Made by a program: the position numbers and the translations under genes
In this document: piece after piece, positions 61,080-64,000 of the stretch
How positions within the stretch are numbered: position 1 is the first letter of the stretch
Layout: each line of letters begins with the position of its first letter
The notes under the pieces: model-generated
The model's input: only the letters and a program-made list of their open reading frames with translations
Told to the model about the DNA's origin: nothing
The model's database searches: none
Origin: Alphaproteobacteria bacterium
Lineage (GTDB): Bacteria > Pseudomonadota > Alphaproteobacteria > JAJFIK01
DNA: 64,000 bases
Direction of reading: 5' to 3'
Assembly (NCBI GenBank): GCA_028280665.1
Contig: JANQLJ010000133.1
Span: 9,901 to 73,900 of the forward strand

Positions 61080-61108
61080 CGCAGCTTGATGCAGGCGCAC
61101 ACGCCGTA

Positions 61109-61288
61109 TCAGCCAGCGGGCAAAGGCGGGAGTTCCTCGTCAATGGCATAGACCGGAACCTCCTGGGCGCCGCCCACCGGATCGCCCACCGAAACAGAAA
61201 CACCCACAAGCACGAGCAGGGCAATTCCCGCAACGACCCAGCTCATCGCTACGCGCTCAACTGGGCTGCTTGGAATGATCTTGTTCAT
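61109..61288 (-). CDS. small hypothetical membrane/secreted protein (59 aa)
   Basis: Hand-translated: MNKIIPSSPVERVAMSWVVAGIALLVLVGVSVSVGDPVGGAQEVPVYAIDEELPPLPAG. One hydrophobic helix. Below the ORF-track cut-off. Coding status unproven. Confidence 0.25.
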   Translation of the reverse strand: MNKIIPSSPVERVAMSWVVAGIALLVLVGVSVSVGDPVGGAQEVPVYAIDEELPPLPAG

Positions 61289-61327
61289 CGTGCCTTTATC
61301 CCTTTCCCGATATCCGCGAACCGCGCG

Positions 61328-62419
61328 CTAGGCCTGCTTACTGTCCGGCAGCGCGCTTTGCGATTCGGGTTCTTCAAGCTGCACTTCGGTGATCGCGCCC
61401 GCGCGGCGGACAATCTTGTCGGCAGACGTGGTAATCTCGCGGATGTCCTTTTCCGCCTGGCCGAAATGTTTCGTCAGGTTACTCACCCGGTCGTTGAGCC
61501 GCCCCACGTCTTCGACCATCTTGCCCACCTCCGCCTGGATCAAGTGAGCTTGCTCGCGCATTTCCACGTCACGCAACACCGCCCGCACCGTAAGCAGCGT
61601 CGCCATAAGCGTATTGGGCGAGACAATATAAACGCGCTTCCCCATGCTTTCCTGCACCAGCGCGTCGAAGTTGGCGTGAATTTCGCCATAGACCGCCTCG
61701 CTGGGCAAAAACATCAGCGCCGAGTTCGAAGTTTCCCCGTCGATAATGTAGCGCCCGGCGATATCGTTCATATGCTTTTTGACCGATTGCACGAAAAGGC
61801 GCTGCGCCGCCACGGTTTCCTCGCCCGTCTTGGCCGCCTGCAGCGCGCGGTAGCCCTCGAGCGGAAATTTCGCGTCGATCACAAGCGCGCCTTGCTCGTT
61901 CGGCATGTGCACAAGACAGTCGGCGCGGCGGCCATTGGAAAGCGTCGCCTGAAAGGCGTAGGCCTTGGGCGGCAGCGCATCGCGCACAATGTCTTCAAGC
62001 TGAATTTCGCCGAAGGCACCCCGCGCCTGTTTGTTGGCCAGCACATCCTGAAGGCCCACCACCTGGCCCGACAGCTCGGTGATATTCTTTTGCGCGCTGT
62101 CGATGACCGCCAGCCGCTCTTGCAGCTTGGCGAGGTTTTCGTGGGTCTTGGTGGTCTGCTCCGTAAGCGACTGATTGACCCGGGTCGAGAACTGATCGAT
62201 GCGTTCGTTAAGCGCTTTGGAAGTGGCTGCGTGACTTTGCGCCTGGGTTTCCATGCGCGCCGCAAGGTCCGTTTGCAGCTTGGCAATCACCTCCTGCAGG
62301 CGGTCAACGCTGCCGGCTTCCTCCACCGCCGTCCCGCGCCGGAAGATAAAGGCAACCGCGATGATGGCCGCGGCGATGACCAGCGCCGCGCCGAGAAGGG
62401 CAACTTCCATGAAACTCAC
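61328..62419 (-). CDS. rmuC: DNA recombination protein RmuC
   Basis: N-terminal TM, then a long coiled-coil, then the RmuC nuclease-like C-terminal domain (...[12 protein letters not shown]...). Confidence 0.85.
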   Translation of the reverse strand: MSFMEVALLGAALVIAAAIIAVAFIFRRGTAVEEAGSVDRLQEVIAKLQTDLAARMETQAQSHAATSKALNERIDQFSTRVNQSLTEQTTKTHENLAKLQERLAVIDSAQKNITELSGQVVGLQDVLANKQARGAFGEIQLEDIVRDALPPKAYAFQATLSNGRRADCLVHMPNEQGALVIDAKFPLEGYRALQAAKTGEETVAAQRLFVQSVKKHMNDIAGRYIIDGETSNSALMFLPSEAVYGEIHANFDALVQESMGKRVYIVSPNTLMATLLTVRAVLRDVEMREQAHLIQAEVGKMVEDVGRLNDRVSNLTKHFGQAEKDIREITTSADKIVRRAGAITEVQLEEPESQSALPDSKQA

Positions 62420-62520
62420 CTTATCCCATTTCCGGGGCAGCCAAGCGCGATTCGGGGCGGCGGCGCCAAACCCCGCCCAAAACCTTGACCTTCGGCCCCG
62501 CCCCGCCCATCTTCCCGGCC

Positions 62521-63039
62521 ATGGCGATCCGCGACATCATCATCGCGCCCGATGCGCGCCTTACGCAAATCTCCAAGCCCGTGGAAGCGGTCACGGACGA
62601 GATTCGCGCGCTTATGGATGACATGCTCGAAACCATGTATGCCGCGCCGGGAATCGGGCTCGCCGCCATTCAGGTGGGCGTTCCCTTGCGCATCATCGTG
62701 ATGGATTTGGCGCGCGAGGATGAAGAGCCGGATCCCCGTTATTTTGTTAATCCGGAGATTCTCGAAATTTCCGATGATCTCGCCACCTATGCCGAGGGCT
62801 GCCTGTCGGTTCCCGATTTCTATGAAGATGTCGAGCGCCCGGCCCATGTGCGCGTGCGCTATCTCGACTATGACGGCGAGCTTCGCGAGATCGAAGCGGA
62901 CGAAATGCTCGCCACCTGCCTTCAGCACGAAATGGATCACCTGGAAGGGATTTTGTTCGTGGATCATCTCTCCAAGCTCAAGCGCTCGATGATCCTCAAG
63001 AAACTGCAGAAGCAAAAGCGCATCCAAGAGAGCGTCTGA
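62521..63039 (+). CDS. def: peptide deformylase
   Basis: Motifs [17 protein letters not shown] and QHEMDHLEG. Start [11 protein letters not shown] (62521). Confidence 0.9.
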   Translation: MAIRDIIIAPDARLTQISKPVEAVTDEIRALMDDMLETMYAAPGIGLAAIQVGVPLRIIVMDLAREDEEPDPRYFVNPEILEISDDLATYAEGCLSVPDFYEDVERPAHVRVRYLDYDGELREIEADEMLATCLQHEMDHLEGILFVDHLSKLKRSMILKKLQKQKRIQESV

Positions 63040-63043
63040 GGCC

Positions 63044-63967
63044 ATGAGCGCGCTTCGCCTCGCCTTTATGGGGACGCCGGATTTCGCGGTGCCCACCCTT
63101 GCCGAGATTATTGCGCAAGACCATGAGGTCGCTTGCGTTTACACGCGCCCGCCGCGCCCCGCTGGACGCGGGCAAGAGGACCGCAAGTCGCCGGTGCATG
63201 TCTTTGCCGAACATCAAAGCCTCCCGGTGCGCACGCCCGCATCGCTCAAGGACGAGACCGTGCAAGCCGCCTTCGCCGCACTCGACCTCGATGTGGCGGT
63301 CGTGGTCGCTTACGGGCTTATTCTGCCAAAGCCGGTCCTTGAGGCGCCAAGGCTCGGGTGTCTCAATCTTCACGCTTCGCTGTTGCCGCGCTGGCGCGGC
63401 GCCGCGCCCATTCAGCGCGCCATCATGGCGGGGGACACGGAGACCGGCGTCATGGTCATGCAAATGGAAGAAGGCCTCGACACCGGGCCCATCCTGCTTG
63501 CGGAGCAGACATCCATCGGCGCGCGCGAAACCGCGGGCACGCTCCACGACCGCCTTGCCCAAGTGGGCGCGAGCCTTATGGGCCGGGCGCTGGCCGCGCT
63601 TTCCCGCGGCGGGCTTGATAGCGCACACCAAGCCCAAGAGGGCGTCACTTACGCCCACAAGATCGAAAAATCCGAAGCCCGCATCGACTGGACCAAACCC
63701 GCCACCGAGCTCGACCGGATCATCCGTGGGCTGACGCCTTTTCCCGGCGCGTTTTTTGAGCTGGGCAGCGTGCGCATCAAAGTTCTGCGCGCGGAAGCCG
63801 TGGCAGGCGAAGGCGCGCCCGGCACGGTCACCGGGCCCGGTCTCACCGTCGCGTGCGGCAAGGGCGCTTTGCGTATCACCGAGCTTCAGCGCGCGGGCAA
63901 GGCGGCAATGGACGCGAGCGCCTTTTTGCGCGGCACGGACGTGCCCGAAGGCACTGTGCTTCGATGA
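63044..63967 (+). CDS. fmt: methionyl-tRNA formyltransferase
   Basis: [14 protein letters not shown]...[20 protein letters not shown]... Confidence 0.9.
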   Translation: MSALRLAFMGTPDFAVPTLAEIIAQDHEVACVYTRPPRPAGRGQEDRKSPVHVFAEHQSLPVRTPASLKDETVQAAFAALDLDVAVVVAYGLILPKPVLEAPRLGCLNLHASLLPRWRGAAPIQRAIMAGDTETGVMVMQMEEGLDTGPILLAEQTSIGARETAGTLHDRLAQVGASLMGRALAALSRGGLDSAHQAQEGVTYAHKIEKSEARIDWTKPATELDRIIRGLTPFPGAFFELGSVRIKVLRAEAVAGEGAPGTVTGPGLTVACGKGALRITELQRAGKAAMDASAFLRGTDVPEGTVLR

Positions 63968-64000
63968 GGCGCATCAAGCTCACCATTGAATATGACGGCG
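63964..64000 (+). CDS. truA: tRNA pseudouridine(38-40) synthase TruA, first 12 codons only (continues beyond window)
   Basis: ATG overlapping the fmt stop (ATGA); [12 protein letters not shown] matches the TruA N-terminus (M-RYKL-IEYDGT). Confidence 0.5.
   Translation, partial: MRRIKLTIEYDG

Overview
This is a 64-kb, densely coding stretch of a high-GC (roughly 60-65 % GC) chromosome that looks alphaproteobacterial. I found no rRNA, tRNA, CRISPR, transposase or integrase. In order the window holds: a GntR-type regulator (3' end cut by the window edge); a class I glutamine amidotransferase-like gene; a PAP2 phosphatase; an NAD-linked formate dehydrogenase operon fdsGBAD (minus strand) with divergent fdhD; a minus-strand run of FAD oxidoreductase - RidA - small ORF - CYP153-like cytochrome P450 - DUF2855-like protein; a kynurenine module (AFMID-type alpha/beta-hydrolase formamidase divergent from kynureninase, plus a stand-alone AsnC ligand-binding-domain protein); a three-gene 2-oxoacid:acceptor oxidoreductase cluster (GltD-like FAD/FeS subunit + korA + korB); a Baeyer-Villiger/flavin monooxygenase; glutathione-dependent formaldehyde dehydrogenase; an MFS (GPH-type) transporter; a small catabolic-looking island (sulfotransferase-like protein translationally coupled to a class IV aminotransferase, an amidase, an FMN-dependent 2-hydroxyacid dehydrogenase); a 900-aa membrane-anchored HAMP + coiled-coil protein; a complete Tad/Flp type IVc pilus island (five TadE/F/G-like pseudopilins of which two are large putative tip adhesins, a pilus N-terminal-domain protein, an unannotated 53-codon flp pilin gene, cpaA-B-C-D-E-F, tadB, tadC, a TadD-like TPR lipoprotein); a TAXI-family TRAP solute receptor; an M17 aminopeptidase; a MarR regulator; a YejBEF-like ABC importer without a binding-protein gene; a membrane cytochrome c; kdsB; pheA; nudC; SRP RNA (ffs) directly upstream of dnaX-ybaB-recR; rmuC; def-fmt and the start of truA. 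The supplied ORF track appears to translate GTG/TTG starts as M and omits ORFs under 60 codons or running off the window, so several starts were re-chosen by homology logic. The most unusual sequence-level signals are inside the Tad island: an in-frame GAY/GGC trinucleotide tract encoding D12-G18 inside a vWA TadG adhesin, an AT-rich promoter island upstream of the pilin gene in an otherwise GC-rich genome, and TTAA-N7-TTAA CtrA-like boxes.
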